A DNA stretch of 64,000 nt, taken from an uncultured Ignavibacteria bacterium (GTDB lineage: Bacteria > Bacteroidota > Ignavibacteria > Ignavibacteriales > Ignavibacteriaceae). The first letter of the stretch is position 1; every line of letters begins with the position of its first letter. Positions 9,204 through 19,543 of this stretch are shown one piece after another. The notes beneath the pieces are model-generated. The model saw only the letters and a list, made by a program, of their open reading frames with translations, had not been told where the DNA came from and did no database searches. The position numbers and the translations under genes are program-made. The stretch spans positions 11,251-75,250 of the forward strand of contig CAVSGR010000005.1 of the NCBI GenBank assembly GCA_963727535.1. Direction: 5' to 3'.

Positions 9204-10238
9204 TTAAAGCCCTTCTCTTAAAAACCGTGGTTCTTCGAGAGTGAGTATTAACGAAATTCTGTGTGAGTCGGGAAGCCTGTCAATTTCAGATTGACTGAAT
9301 CTTGCAAATGAATAATCAATGTTAAGTTTTGGAAGTTTAATACCTGCGCCAACTGTGAATTGTTTTACATCGTTATAACCACCACGTATTGAAAAGAGGT
9401 TCTTAAATGTATATTCCAAACCAACGTGAGTATCGAAACTAATAGGTCCTAAATTTCCATAAGCTGATGATCTTCTGTTCTCAAATCTCACATCTACATC
9501 AAAAGCGGGAGTAACTGTACCACCAAGTATATTTAGTTGATAAGCTGTTCCTATTTTGGCAGTCGGAGAGATTAGTTCATTTCTGCCGGTACTCCATGCG
9601 ACAATTGTAGTCGTTACATCCTGAATGTTTGCGCCGAAATAAAGATTCTCGATTGGTGAATAAAGAGCGCCAACATCAAAGCCGATTCCATTTGCATAGT
9701 ATTCAGCAATATTCCTGTGAATTATTTTTACACTGGCTCCCCAGTAAAAATTATCAGAATGTTTTTTTGCAAAGGATAAATAAAAAGCCCAATCCTGGTT
9801 GCTGAATTCAGTTATCTTACTGTAATCCAATCTGTCGGTATTTATATCAATTATGCCGTCTCCGTTTGCATCGTAGAGTGCATTGCGCGTATCCGGGATT
9901 CCATCTATCCCGAGACGAATAATGCTTAAGCCGAAACTCATATCGCTTTTATAAGGAATAGCAACTGCTGCGTAATCATAATTTTCAAGACTGCCGAATT
10001 GTTCAGCGTGCATTAAAGAAATTTCAGGATAATTTAGATTTGCAAGTCCTGCAGGATTATAATAACCGGCTGTAATATCGTTTGCAACAGCGGTAAAAGC
10101 TCCGCCCATGCCAAGCGCTCTTCCGCCAACTCCTATAGCCATAAATTCACCTGCATATTTAGCAAAAACTGTTTGCGCATTAGATTGGGAAATGAAAAGC
10201 GAAATGAATATTGCTAACACGAAGAGTTTTTTATGCAT
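9204..10238 (-). CDS. Outer-membrane beta-barrel protein, PorV/PorQ (FadL-like) family candidate
   Basis: Signal peptide, then GGRALGMGGAFTAVANDITAGYYNPAGLA and an alternating beta-strand pattern to the C-terminus. Confidence 0.6.
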   Translation of the reverse strand: MHKKLFVLAIFISLFISQSNAQTVFAKYAGEFMAIGVGGRALGMGGAFTAVANDITAGYYNPAGLANLNYPEISLMHAEQFGSLENYDYAAVAIPYKSDMSFGLSIIRLGIDGIPDTRNALYDANGDGIIDINTDRLDYSKITEFSNQDWAFYLSFAKKHSDNFYWGASVKIIHRNIAEYYANGIGFDVGALYSPIENLYFGANIQDVTTTIVAWSTGRNELISPTAKIGTAYQLNILGGTVTPAFDVDVRFENRRSSAYGNLGPISFDTHVGLEYTFKNLFSIRGGYNDVKQFTVGAGIKLPKLNIDYSFARFSQSEIDRLPDSHRISLILTLEEPRFLREGL

Positions 10239-10375
10239 TAGGGAGTCCCGGTATTTGTTTTATTGCAACTAAAATCTTGCTCAAAATTGACAATTTGGTT
10301 TTGAAAGTCAAGGCTAAATTCTCTTGATAATTAAATCTATTTAATTGCATACTGTCAACTGAATATTGCTTACTT

Positions 10376-11125
10376 TTATTTTGCCTTTCCCTGGTTTGCG
10401 ACTGCCTGAGCAGCTTTAGCAATTTCTTCAGGGTCGCCGAGATAATAATTATTAATTGGCTTTAAATTTTCATCAAGTTCATAAACAAGAGGTATGCCAG
10501 TAGGAATATTCAATTCTACTATCTTATCTTCAGGAATATGATCAAGATATTTAACCAAAGCTCTCAAGCTGTTTCCGTGAGCGGCAATAATAACTCTCTT
10601 ACCAGATTTTACAGTCGGTGCAATTACATTCTTCCAGTAAGGAACAAATCTCGCAACAGTATCTTTTAGACATTCGGTTAATGGAAGATCCTTTTCATCA
10701 AGATCACCGTAACGCGGGTCTTTGCCCGGGAATCTTTCATCGGTTTTTTCCAAAACAGGCGGTTGAATATCGTAGCTTCTTCTCCAGATTTTTACCTGGT
10801 CATCTCCATATTTCTTTGCTGTCTCAGCTTTGTTTAATCCCTGCAGAGATCCATAGTGTCTTTCATTCAATCTCCAGTTACGAATGACAGGGATCCACAT
10901 TAAGTCCATTTCATCCATAACTGTCCACAAAGTTCTTATTGCTCTTTTTAAAACGCTTGTATATGCAATATCAAAAACGAACCCTTCCTTTTTCAAAAGC
11001 TCACCGGCTTTTTTCGCTTCTCCTTTTCCCTTTTCGGATAAATCAACATCGGTCCAGCCGGTAAAACGGTTTTCTTTATTCCAGGTGCTTTCGCCGTGGC
11101 GAAGCAGAACTACTTTATACATCAT
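10376..11125 (-). CDS. gpmA: 2,3-bisphosphoglycerate-dependent phosphoglycerate mutase
   Basis: [26 protein letters not shown] and [10 protein letters not shown] motifs; 249 aa. Confidence 0.92.
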   Translation of the reverse strand: MMYKVVLLRHGESTWNKENRFTGWTDVDLSEKGKGEAKKAGELLKKEGFVFDIAYTSVLKRAIRTLWTVMDEMDLMWIPVIRNWRLNERHYGSLQGLNKAETAKKYGDDQVKIWRRSYDIQPPVLEKTDERFPGKDPRYGDLDEKDLPLTECLKDTVARFVPYWKNVIAPTVKSGKRVIIAAHGNSLRALVKYLDHIPEDKIVELNIPTGIPLVYELDENLKPINNYYLGDPEEIAKAAQAVANQGKAK

Positions 11126-11191
11126 TACTCCATTATTTTCTGAAAAATTTTACACCGTAAAAATACATATGATAATTCCCCTTTCAAAAAA

Positions 11192-11668
11192 TCAGGATAT
11201 CCAGTCTCCAATCATTTTTCTTACGGCTATAATCTGACCTGCATGGTGAGAGTTATGATCAACTACAATTAATATTTCTCTTAAATAAGTATGATTTTTT
11301 GTATGAGGAATTACTGAAGTCAAATCTGTGTTTTCGTCCTTAATAATATCAACAAGTTTCTGAAGATCATCATCAAATTTTGAAATGGAGTTATTCCATT
11401 CTTCATCCGAAATTTTACCATTCTTCTTTGGCCAGTAACCCTGCGGCCATTCAGGAGACTTCCAGTCCGGGGTTAGAATATATTGCACAATATCTTCCTG
11501 CGCTATTCTTATGTGTTCGAGAAGCTGCCAGACTGAATGAAAATCAGGAGAGGGTTTTTTATTCCGATTTTCAGGCTTCAAGTTTTCTATAGCGGACTTA
11601 AGTGAAATATGTGCCTGTTCTTTTGTGAGTGCATTAATTAAATTTTCTCTGAAAACTTTTTCGTTCAT
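11192..11668 (-). CDS. DinB-family (DinB_2-like) metal-dependent protein
   Basis: His triad pattern (...WQLLEHI..., ...HNSHHAGQI). Start moved to Met30 (MNEKVF) of the listed ORF. Confidence 0.7.
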   Translation of the reverse strand: MNEKVFRENLINALTKEQAHISLKSAIENLKPENRNKKPSPDFHSVWQLLEHIRIAQEDIVQYILTPDWKSPEWPQGYWPKKNGKISDEEWNNSISKFDDDLQKLVDIIKDENTDLTSVIPHTKNHTYLREILIVVDHNSHHAGQIIAVRKMIGDWIS

Positions 11669-11809
11669 TTTATTGTTCCTAATAAACTGAAACAATATTG
11701 ATAGATTATTTTTCAAAATCAATATTTTTAAATAAAAATAAGATGGATTGAACATAACCGTATTCTTGTTTGTCTAAGCTGTTAGAAGAACAAAAAATAA
11801 GGGCATAAA

Positions 11810-12631
11810 ATGAAAAAACTATTTGTGAGTCTGCCGATATTAACACTGATTTTACTGAACGGCTGTGGTGATGAAGAAATAAAAAGTATTTGGAATGATA
11901 ATTCAATTGTTATCGATGGAAACCAGGCAGACTGGCTTGGAAAGCTTAAGTATTTTCCTGATCAAAAAGCCGGTGTGGGGATAGCAAACGATGGCGAAAA
12001 TCTATATGTGTGTCTGGCAACAAGTGATACCGGCAGGATGTTTCAGCTTTTTGTAACCGGTTTTACTGTTTGGTTTAATCCATCCAGTGGAGAAAAAATC
12101 GGAATTCAATATCCGTTAAGATTAGAGGAAACTGGTGGAATGATGCTGAGAGGGAACAGGCAGAGAGGAGAGATGCCCGATTTTAAAGTCAGGCTCAACC
12201 AATTTAAAAGTGCCCAAACAGAATTCAGAATTGTTAATGCAGATAATTTTCCGCTGACTTCGTATAATCTTAAAAATGATGTAGGAATAAATATAGATGT
12301 TGGATACCAAATGGGATTATTAGTTTATGAAATGAAAGTTCCTCTGAAAGGTAATCTTGTTGGAGATCATATTTTTAACTTATCATCCGGGGATGAATTT
12401 ACTTTAGGTTTTGAATCAGGTGAATTTAACAGGAGGAATTTTGGGGGACAAGATAGAAGTTCCGGTATGGGAATGGGAAATCCGCCTGAAGGAGGTATGG
12501 GGGGAAGAGATGGCGGAATGCCAGGTGGTGGTGGAATGTCTCCTCCTGGTGGTGTGGGAAGAGGCGGGCAAAGACCCACTCTTGAACAAATTGATTTTGA
12601 AGTGTCGGTTATTCTTGCTGCAGGTAAATAA
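11810..12631 (+). CDS. Hypothetical lipoprotein with Gly/Pro/Met-rich C-terminal tail
   Basis: Lipobox LLNGC. The low-complexity tail GMGMGNPPEGGMGGRDGGMPGGGGMSPPGG produces the spurious alternative-frame ORFs here. Confidence 0.6.
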   Translation: MKKLFVSLPILTLILLNGCGDEEIKSIWNDNSIVIDGNQADWLGKLKYFPDQKAGVGIANDGENLYVCLATSDTGRMFQLFVTGFTVWFNPSSGEKIGIQYPLRLEETGGMMLRGNRQRGEMPDFKVRLNQFKSAQTEFRIVNADNFPLTSYNLKNDVGINIDVGYQMGLLVYEMKVPLKGNLVGDHIFNLSSGDEFTLGFESGEFNRRNFGGQDRSSGMGMGNPPEGGMGGRDGGMPGGGGMSPPGGVGRGGQRPTLEQIDFEVSVILAAGK

Positions 12632-12639
12632 TATTTAAT

Positions 12640-12662
12640 GCACTCCACTTTCTGTGGAGTGC
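12640..12662. terminator. Bidirectional hairpin between convergent genes
   Basis: GCACTCCAC-TTTCT-GTGGAGTGC, a perfect 9-bp stem. Confidence 0.6.
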
Positions 12663-12667
12663 AAACT

Positions 12668-13798
12668 TTATCCCAATCTTTTTCTAAATCTTAATGAACT
12701 TAAGGTAAGAATAAGAATTCCGATTCCAAGCAATGTTAGAGTTTCGGGAATTAGTTGAAATAATCCATCTCCTTTCAGAATTACGCTTCTTAAAATAGTA
12801 ATATAATATCTTAAGGGAATTAAATAAGTAATTGGTTGTATCCACCCCGGCATATTTTCTATTGGAAATGCAAAACCGGAAAGAAAGTTCATTGGCAGAA
12901 GTATACCGAACATTGATACCATCATTGCCTGCTGTTGGTTCTTCGATACTGTAGAAATAAATAAACCCAAGCCTAAAGAGGAAAGAACATAGATGAATGA
13001 AGCGAACATTAAGTAGAAAAAGTCTCCTCTTATTGGAATTCCAAACCAGAAAACCATTACACCCGTTACTAAAAGAACGTCCATAAATCCTACTATAACG
13101 AAAGGTACCGTTTTACCAATTATAAGATGGAAAGGTTTAATAGGGGTAACAATTATCTGTTCTAAAGTACCTATTTCACGTTCTTTTACAATACCCATTG
13201 CCATAAGTGTAGTTGTAATTATTGTTAATATTAAACCCATTATACCGGGAAGCATAAAAAACCTTGTCTTGAGATCAGGATTATACCAAACCCGGAGTTT
13301 GGGAGTTATTATTCCTGATAATGATATTTTCAAACCGGATTTGTCTCTTAAATCCATAAGAATTTTTTTCGAATAGCTTGAAACCAAATTGGTAACATAA
13401 CCAAAGGCAATTCCCGCTTTATTGCCATCCGATCCATCAAATAAAACCTGGACATTTACCTGTTCATGCCTGGTTAATTTTTTTTCAAAATCTTTAGGTA
13501 TTACCAAAGCCCAGAGGTCATTACCCTTATTTATCTGATCTGTAATTTGCTCATAGTTATTAGCATAATTATTTATCAAGAAATAGCCGGAACTTTGAAA
13601 TTTTTTTATAAAATCACGACTTGCTACTGTCTTATCCTGATCATAAATAATAGTATTAATGTTGGTTATATCAAGATTAGCGGCATAACCCAATAAGATT
13701 AGTTGCATAATAGGTGCGATAAAAATAATTCCAAACAGACGTGGATCTCTTTTTAGCTGTAAAAATTCTTTGATGATTATGTTAATTATTATTTTCAT
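12668..13798 (-). CDS. ABC-2 type transporter permease
   Basis: 376 aa: N-terminal TM, large periplasmic loop and 5 C-terminal TMs. Paralogous to the adjacent gene. Confidence 0.85.
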   Translation of the reverse strand: MKIIINIIIKEFLQLKRDPRLFGIIFIAPIMQLILLGYAANLDITNINTIIYDQDKTVASRDFIKKFQSSGYFLINNYANNYEQITDQINKGNDLWALVIPKDFEKKLTRHEQVNVQVLFDGSDGNKAGIAFGYVTNLVSSYSKKILMDLRDKSGLKISLSGIITPKLRVWYNPDLKTRFFMLPGIMGLILTIITTTLMAMGIVKEREIGTLEQIIVTPIKPFHLIIGKTVPFVIVGFMDVLLVTGVMVFWFGIPIRGDFFYLMFASFIYVLSSLGLGLFISTVSKNQQQAMMVSMFGILLPMNFLSGFAFPIENMPGWIQPITYLIPLRYYITILRSVILKGDGLFQLIPETLTLLGIGILILTLSSLRFRKRLG

Positions 13799-13819
13799 TG
13801 TTAACCTCGAAGGTTATCT

Positions 13820-14950
13820 CTACGCTGTTTTATTTTTTTTGTTTATTAAAGTCGATAACCCTAAAAAGAAACCGATAAAAATTAATAGATAAATCAACTG
13901 CGGCCAGAATGCTTCTATCCCTACTCCTTTAAGCAATATGTCTCTTAAAATAATTATATAGAATTTTACCGGCGTTATGTTTGTTAAAACCTGAATTACA
14001 GGCGGCATACTTTCAATAGGAAACACAAATCCAGACAGCAAAAATGAAGGAAGAAGAGAAACCATAGCTGATATTTGAAAAGCAACCTGTTGAGATTCTG
14101 AAATTGACGAAATCAATATGCCTAAGTTTAAGCAAGCAAAAAGAAATATGAGTGTTGAAACGAATAATAATAAGTAACTTCCTTTTACAGCAACGCCAAA
14201 CAAAATGTGACCTGCAAACAAAATTGATGAAGCAATAAGCAATGCTACCAGTGAATAGGGAATAGTTTTGCCGAGCAATAATTCAAATGATGAAAGCGGC
14301 GAAACATTTATTTGCTCCATTGTGCCTCTTTCCTTTTCCCTTACGATAGACATCGCAATAGAAATAACAGCGGTCATTATTAAAATCATAGAAATTAAGC
14401 CGGGAACCAGGTAAAGAGTAGAATTCAAGTCGGGATTAAACCAAAATCTTGGCTCGAGATTTATAGGTACATATTGTTGCTTTCCTCTTATTTCTAATGT
14501 TTCCTGGCTTATTTTAGAATTATAAGTTGCGGTAGCAGCGTTCATATAGTTTGAAATTACCGAAGCAGTATTTGCGTCTATGCCTTCAACAAGAATTTGA
14601 ATCTTTGCCTCTTTTCCCGAAAAAAGATTTTGTGAGAAGTCTTCTGGAAAAACTAAAACCACCTGCGCTTTCCCATCATCTAAAACTTCTCTTATTTGAT
14701 TTTCAGAATCGATATATCCAACAAGATCAAAATAGTTTGAGCTTGTTAAACGGTTAATAAACTCTCTTGTATTCACAGATTTATCAAGATCATAAACAAC
14801 CAGCTTAATATGATGTACATCAAAATTAATCGCATATCCAAAAATAATAAGAAGCACAAACGGGAACACAAAAAGAACATATAACATCCTTGTGTCGCGT
14901 TTTAATTGTCTTATTTCCTTTTTTGATATGGCTAAAATTCTTGTGAACAT
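13820..14950 (-). CDS. ABC-2 type transporter permease
   Basis: Same architecture as 12668-13798. Confidence 0.85.
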   Translation of the reverse strand: MFTRILAISKKEIRQLKRDTRMLYVLFVFPFVLLIIFGYAINFDVHHIKLVVYDLDKSVNTREFINRLTSSNYFDLVGYIDSENQIREVLDDGKAQVVLVFPEDFSQNLFSGKEAKIQILVEGIDANTASVISNYMNAATATYNSKISQETLEIRGKQQYVPINLEPRFWFNPDLNSTLYLVPGLISMILIMTAVISIAMSIVREKERGTMEQINVSPLSSFELLLGKTIPYSLVALLIASSILFAGHILFGVAVKGSYLLLFVSTLIFLFACLNLGILISSISESQQVAFQISAMVSLLPSFLLSGFVFPIESMPPVIQVLTNITPVKFYIIILRDILLKGVGIEAFWPQLIYLLIFIGFFLGLSTLINKKNKTA

Positions 14951-14953
14951 TTT

Positions 14954-15877
14954 TTAATAAGTCTTTTCCAAAAGGTGAATAAATACATCTTCAAGAGTCG
15001 GAACAATTTTGTTTATTCTTATTACACTTATAGAATTTGAATTTAATATATTTTTTATTTGATCTTCGTTTTTATATTTATCATTAACGATAATGTGAAT
15101 TTGATTTCCAAAGATTGAAGTTTCATCAACAAAATCTTCTTCCTCGAGTATTTCCATTGCGGTTACAACTTTTTCGCATTCTATTTCAAGAATTGTGTTT
15201 TTCAAATAATTTGTTTTTAATTCTTTTGATGTCCCTTCTGCGATAAGTTTTCCCGCATTTATCAGAATTATATTATTGCAGTATTCAGCCTCTTCAAGAT
15301 AATGTGTTGTTACTAAAATAGTTGTACCCTGTGCCGACAGTTCATTTATTAAGTCCCAGAAATTTCTTCGCGAAATTGGATCGACACCACTCGTAGGTTC
15401 ATCTAAAAAAACAATGCCCGGCTGATGAATTACTGCGGTGCCAAGTGCAAGTCGTTGTTTTATTCCTCCCGGAAGGGAACCGGTGAGAGTTTTTTCCTCC
15501 CCTTCTAAGTTGGCTGTTTTCAAAACCCAACTTTTTCTTTCCTTAAAATGATTTCCTTCAAGTCCGTAAACTCCTCCAAAGAAATTTATATTTTCTTCAA
15601 CTGTTAAATCATTATAAAGAGAAAACCTCTGCGACATATAACCGATATTTTGTTTTACATTGTCGGGTTCATTTTTTACGCTAAAACCTCCAACTGAAGC
15701 ATCGCCCGAAGTTGGTTCAAGAATTCCACAAAGCATTCTTATTGCTGTTGATTTTCCAGCACCGTTAGCCCCAAGAAAGCCGAAGATTTCCCCTTTCTTT
15801 ACTTTAAAAGAAATACTATTAACGGCTGTAAAATCCCCGAATTTTTTTGTAAGATTATTTACTTCTATACTATTCAT
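14954..15877 (-). CDS. ABC transporter ATP-binding protein
   Basis: Walker A GANGAGKST, signature LPGGIKQRL, Walker B IVFLDEPTSG. Start moved to MNSIEV, 2 nt after the upstream stop. Confidence 0.9.
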   Translation of the reverse strand: MNSIEVNNLTKKFGDFTAVNSISFKVKKGEIFGFLGANGAGKSTAIRMLCGILEPTSGDASVGGFSVKNEPDNVKQNIGYMSQRFSLYNDLTVEENINFFGGVYGLEGNHFKERKSWVLKTANLEGEEKTLTGSLPGGIKQRLALGTAVIHQPGIVFLDEPTSGVDPISRRNFWDLINELSAQGTTILVTTHYLEEAEYCNNIILINAGKLIAEGTSKELKTNYLKNTILEIECEKVVTAMEILEEEDFVDETSIFGNQIHIIVNDKYKNEDQIKNILNSNSISVIRINKIVPTLEDVFIHLLEKTY

Positions 15878-15878
15878 T

Positions 15879-16787
15879 CTAATTGCTAACCAAATAAATA
15901 AAAACATTTTCTAGAGAAGCCGAGACCTGTCTGTGATTGATAATAGCTATTCCGTTTCTTTCAAGAAGGTCTTCCAGGGATTTATATTCTGTTTCATAAT
16001 TATTAACCATTACGTTAACCCTATCACCAAACATCTGTACCTCATAATTTGTGTTCTCTTTAACCAGTTTCTGAGCTTCTCTTGCATTACTGCATACGAT
16101 TTCAATTACTTCTTTGTTAATAGATCCTTTTATCTTTTTAGGGGTATCGAGGCTGATTATTTTTCCATTATGCATCAGTGCAACCCTGTTACATCTTTCT
16201 GCTTCATCTAAGTAAGGCGTAGTCATAAAAATTGTAATTCCTTCTTTTAAAAGACTCGAAAGTATCTTCCAGAAATCTCTCCTGGAAACAGGATCGACAC
16301 CTGTAGTTGGTTCATCTAAGTAAAGAATTTTAGGACGGTGAATAAGGCTGCAGGCAAGTGCAAGCTTTTGTTTCATTCCCCCCGATAAATTATCAGCTAA
16401 CCTTTTCCTAAAGGGAGTTAATCTTGTGAACTCGAGTAATTCATTTCTTCTTTCCTCAAAGTTTTTTACACCGTGAATATCTGCAAAAAATTCGATGTTT
16501 TCATCAACAGTCAGATCACCATATAAACTAAATTTCTGTGATAAATATCCAACCTGGTTCTGAATCTCCTTCCGATTCTTCGTTATATTTTTATCAAATG
16601 TTAATGCCTCTCCCGAATCCGGGATTAATAATCCACAAAGTATTCTGATTGTTGTGGTTTTTCCGGCGCCGTCTGGTCCAACCAAGCCAAACATTTCACC
16701 TTTACCAACTTCATAAGTTACGCCGCGAACAGCTTTAACGTCAGCATAGGATTTTTTTAAATCTTTTATTTTAATTATTGATTCCAT
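15879..16787 (-). CDS. ABC transporter ATP-binding protein
   Basis: Walker A GPDGAGKTT, signature LSGGMKQKL, Walker B ILYLDEPTTG. Confidence 0.9.
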   Translation of the reverse strand: MESIIKIKDLKKSYADVKAVRGVTYEVGKGEMFGLVGPDGAGKTTTIRILCGLLIPDSGEALTFDKNITKNRKEIQNQVGYLSQKFSLYGDLTVDENIEFFADIHGVKNFEERRNELLEFTRLTPFRKRLADNLSGGMKQKLALACSLIHRPKILYLDEPTTGVDPVSRRDFWKILSSLLKEGITIFMTTPYLDEAERCNRVALMHNGKIISLDTPKKIKGSINKEVIEIVCSNAREAQKLVKENTNYEVQMFGDRVNVMVNNYETEYKSLEDLLERNGIAIINHRQVSASLENVFIYLVSN

Positions 16788-16910
16788 ATTAGATTACAAA
16801 ATTGCAAAATTCGGAATGGGTTTCATTTATTTTTCTTCTAAACGATTTTATTTCCATATTATTCACTTCTTCATAAGTCATCTTACAATCTTGGATTTGG
16901 AGTTTTGCAA

Positions 16911-17873
16911 TTATAATTTAACAACTGCATCCGCAGGCATTCCCGGTTTTAATTCGAATTTGGGATTTTTAACTTCAATTTTTACGGCAAAAACAAGTTT
17001 AGTTCTTTCATCTTTAGTCTGAACATTTTTTGGTGTAAACTCAGCTTCGGGAGAGATGTAAGTAATTTTTCCTTCATATTTTTTATCTGGATATGTATCT
17101 GAACTAACGTCAGCAGTTTGTCCTAATTTTACTTTTCCCAATTCCTCTTCGGAAACATAAATAATAAGATTAACAACATTTAAATCGGAAACTTTGAACA
17201 AGGAAGAAAGCATTGTTACAGTTTCTCCCGGCTCAAAAAACTTTTTAACAATAATTCCACTGATAGGAGATTGAACATAAGAATCACGGATTTGTTTCTT
17301 TAAAATATTAACTGTGGCTACTTGTCTGTCAACATTTGCCTGGGCTTGTTTTATGTCTTCGGGTCGTGCGAGATTTTTTAGTTTTTTCAAATTCTCTTTT
17401 GCAGATGTTAACTGAGCCTGAGAAATATCCAGCCTTGAAATGGCGTCTTCAAATTGTTTTTTAGTTATAGATTTGGAATTAAAAAGCGCTTTCATTCTTT
17501 CTGCATCTTTCTTAGCAGTTTCAAAACTTACCTGCGCCTGTGTAACCCCTTCTTCTCCTTGTTTAATATCTTCTTCTCTGGCACCGGCTTTAAGCAAACT
17601 AAGCTGTGCCTGTGCAGCTTCTTCCGCTGCGAGTGCCTGCTGAAGTTGTAAAGCTAATGTTTCGTGATCAATTATTAAAACAGTATCACCTGCACTGACT
17701 CTTTCACCTTCATCTTTCAATAAAGAAAGAACCTTTCCTGTAACCTGTGAACTTACTATAACATTTGTTGCTTCAATATTGCCGGAAGCTTCTATTGTAT
17801 TTTTGTCATTCCCGTTTCCGCATCCAAATATCAATAATAAAATAAATGCGGGTATACAATTAATTACTTTCAT
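16911..17873 (-). CDS. HlyD-family periplasmic adaptor (membrane fusion protein)
   Basis: Lipobox FGC, long coiled-coil hairpin (QAQLSLLKAG...), and barrel-sandwich and beta-barrel segments. Confidence 0.85.
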   Translation of the reverse strand: MKVINCIPAFILLLIFGCGNGNDKNTIEASGNIEATNVIVSSQVTGKVLSLLKDEGERVSAGDTVLIIDHETLALQLQQALAAEEAAQAQLSLLKAGAREEDIKQGEEGVTQAQVSFETAKKDAERMKALFNSKSITKKQFEDAISRLDISQAQLTSAKENLKKLKNLARPEDIKQAQANVDRQVATVNILKKQIRDSYVQSPISGIIVKKFFEPGETVTMLSSLFKVSDLNVVNLIIYVSEEELGKVKLGQTADVSSDTYPDKKYEGKITYISPEAEFTPKNVQTKDERTKLVFAVKIEVKNPKFELKPGMPADAVVKL

Positions 17874-18480
17874 TTGTCTGCTCCGATTTAAGTAGTTTAA
17901 AAGCTTTTTTACCTTTTTCTGTCATTATTCCGTTCATAATAATTTCAATAGTTTCATCCAATGCGGTCTTAATAGAAAATTTATTATTCATAATAAATTC
18001 AGGATTAATTATTCCTCTTACAGAAGAAGTGAAAATGCCAGTAATAATCGCAGATTGTTTATCTATAAACACTCCCTCGTTTTTTCCCTGTTCAATAACT
18101 TTTCCAATATTTATCGTCATCATTTTTGTCCTGAAGTTATCAATATGTTTCCACAAGTCAGGCATATGTATTTGTATATCTCTAATAAATTTTTCGTTTA
18201 TTTTTGAAATCATTTTCCCGATATAATTGAAAATATTATAGAGCTTTGTAACAGCACTGGAATTATCATCAATAATCTTCGAAACATTTCCCTTATGAAA
18301 CTTTAAGAATCCGAGTACAGTTTCTTTAACTAACTCCTCTTTTGTCGGATAATATTTATAAATAGTTTTTTTGCTCATTCTTAATTGAACTGCTATTTCA
18401 TCCATAGTAGTTTTATAAAAACCGTTCTCTAAAAAGTAATCTTTACAAAATCCTAATATTTTTTGCTGATCTGTGTCCAT
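17860..18480 (-). CDS. TetR/AcrR-family transcriptional regulator
   Basis: HTH TTMDEIAVQLRMSKKTIYKYYPTKEEL. Start placed at Met14 because the longer ORF would run through the operator palindromes. Confidence 0.8.
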   Translation of the reverse strand: MDTDQQKILGFCKDYFLENGFYKTTMDEIAVQLRMSKKTIYKYYPTKEELVKETVLGFLKFHKGNVSKIIDDNSSAVTKLYNIFNYIGKMISKINEKFIRDIQIHMPDLWKHIDNFRTKMMTINIGKVIEQGKNEGVFIDKQSAIITGIFTSSVRGIINPEFIMNNKFSIKTALDETIEIIMNGIMTEKGKKAFKLLKSEQTNESN

Positions 18481-18490
18481 TTCCTCTATC

Positions 18491-18557
18491 GAAACTATTT
18501 TCGTTTTTATAGTTTCCAAAATAATAAATGGAAACTATTTTGTCAAGGATAGTTTCC
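18491..18557. promoter_or_regulatory. Two copies of the palindrome GAAACTAT-N10-ATAGTTTC, a candidate TetR operator pair
   Basis: Half-sites at 18491-18498, 18510-18517, 18532-18539 and 18550-18557, immediately upstream of tetR. Confidence 0.5.
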
Positions 18558-18617
18558 AGTTTTTTTATTAAATAATAGTTATTATTATTTTTTGTTATAA
18601 AAAACATCGGGGGCACT

Positions 18618-18956
18618 ATGAAAAACGCTTATTTTCTTAGTTTCTTTTTAATCTTGAGTTTTTGTTGTCCGTGTAAGGGACAAACTAAAAATGAAGAGGA
18701 TATTGATATTGCATATCAGAATGCAAAGAAGGGAATATACTGGGCATTAGAAAATATTCCGGAGAAGAAAAAACTTGATAACGATCTTATTTTGGATGAT
18801 AAACTTTATGCGAGTGTTAAACTTGAGAAAGAGGTTAACGGAATAAAATTGGAATCAACGGGTTACTATCTATCCAATTTAGTCATGATCAAAATCTATA
18901 AATCCTACGATAGTCTTGTTAAAGAAGGGTATTTAAAACGAATTCCCTCCGATTAA
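18618..18956 (+). CDS. Hypothetical secreted protein
   Basis: Signal-peptide-like N-terminus; no recognisable family. Confidence 0.45.
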   Translation: MKNAYFLSFFLILSFCCPCKGQTKNEEDIDIAYQNAKKGIYWALENIPEKKKLDNDLILDDKLYASVKLEKEVNGIKLESTGYYLSNLVMIKIYKSYDSLVKEGYLKRIPSD

Positions 18957-19060
18957 TTTTTTCTAATACTTTAGTTCTTTATATTATTTTAAAGGACAAG
19001 GTAATAATACCGGAAGTAGATGAAGAATTTATAGAAAGTATTACGATAGGAGAAACTGAA

Positions 19061-19540
19061 TTAATTCTTAATTATTTCAGAGTTGGATTCTTCAACAAAA
19101 CTTTTGACCAGAACCTGGACTTCTTCTTCATTTCCCAGCAGATCTTTAAGTGTCATTTTTAAAACAACATTATCAACAACATTTTGAATTGTTCTCCAGA
19201 GAGAACGGATTGAACAATCAATTGAATTGGTACAAATATTCTCAATGCCTGTATGACTGCTGCAGAAATCTTCTTCAAATAATTTTCCTCCCAGAACAAC
19301 GAGAACTTCACCAATTATAATTTCTTCCGCAGGTTTAGCAAGTTTATAGCCTCCGCTCTGTCCGCGCGTAGCTTCAATAAAACTACCAAGGCGAAGCGTT
19401 CTTAAAAGTTTCCCAACGTTAGCTGTTGATAATCCTTCAAGATCACTTATCTCAGGAATGGTAAGTCCGTTTGGAGATTTAGACTTACCGATCCTAAGCA
19501 AACATCTTAAACCATATTCTTCTTGTGAACTGAATTTCAT
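19061..19540 (-). CDS. Rrf2-family transcriptional regulator (IscR/SufR-like, Cys-containing)
   Basis: MKFSSQEEYGLRCLL.. winged-helix N-terminus, and the Cys cluster CSSHTGIENICTNSIDC. Confidence 0.85.
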   Translation of the reverse strand: MKFSSQEEYGLRCLLRIGKSKSPNGLTIPEISDLEGLSTANVGKLLRTLRLGSFIEATRGQSGGYKLAKPAEEIIIGEVLVVLGGKLFEEDFCSSHTGIENICTNSIDCSIRSLWRTIQNVVDNVVLKMTLKDLLGNEEEVQVLVKSFVEESNSEIIKN

Positions 19541-19543
19541 TTT

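Noticed and set aside
10231-10422. 63-aa ORF between the PorV-like gene and gpmA
   Set aside because: It overlaps the ends of both flanking genes and has no recognisable features. It is probably just the intergenic promoter region.
12367-12648. ORFs 12367-12648 (minus) and 12411-12638 (plus, alternative frame) overlapping the 3' end of gene 11810-12631
   Set aside because: They are generated by the GGN/CCN-rich low-complexity tail of the lipoprotein gene. There is no independent coding signal.
16788-16910. 9-bp inverted repeat ATTGCAAAA / TTTTGCAAT flanking the hlyD-ABC intergenic gap as a possible regulatory stem
   Set aside because: The arms are AT-rich, short and about 75 nt apart. This is easily explained by chance in AT-rich DNA, and there is no second copy elsewhere in the window.
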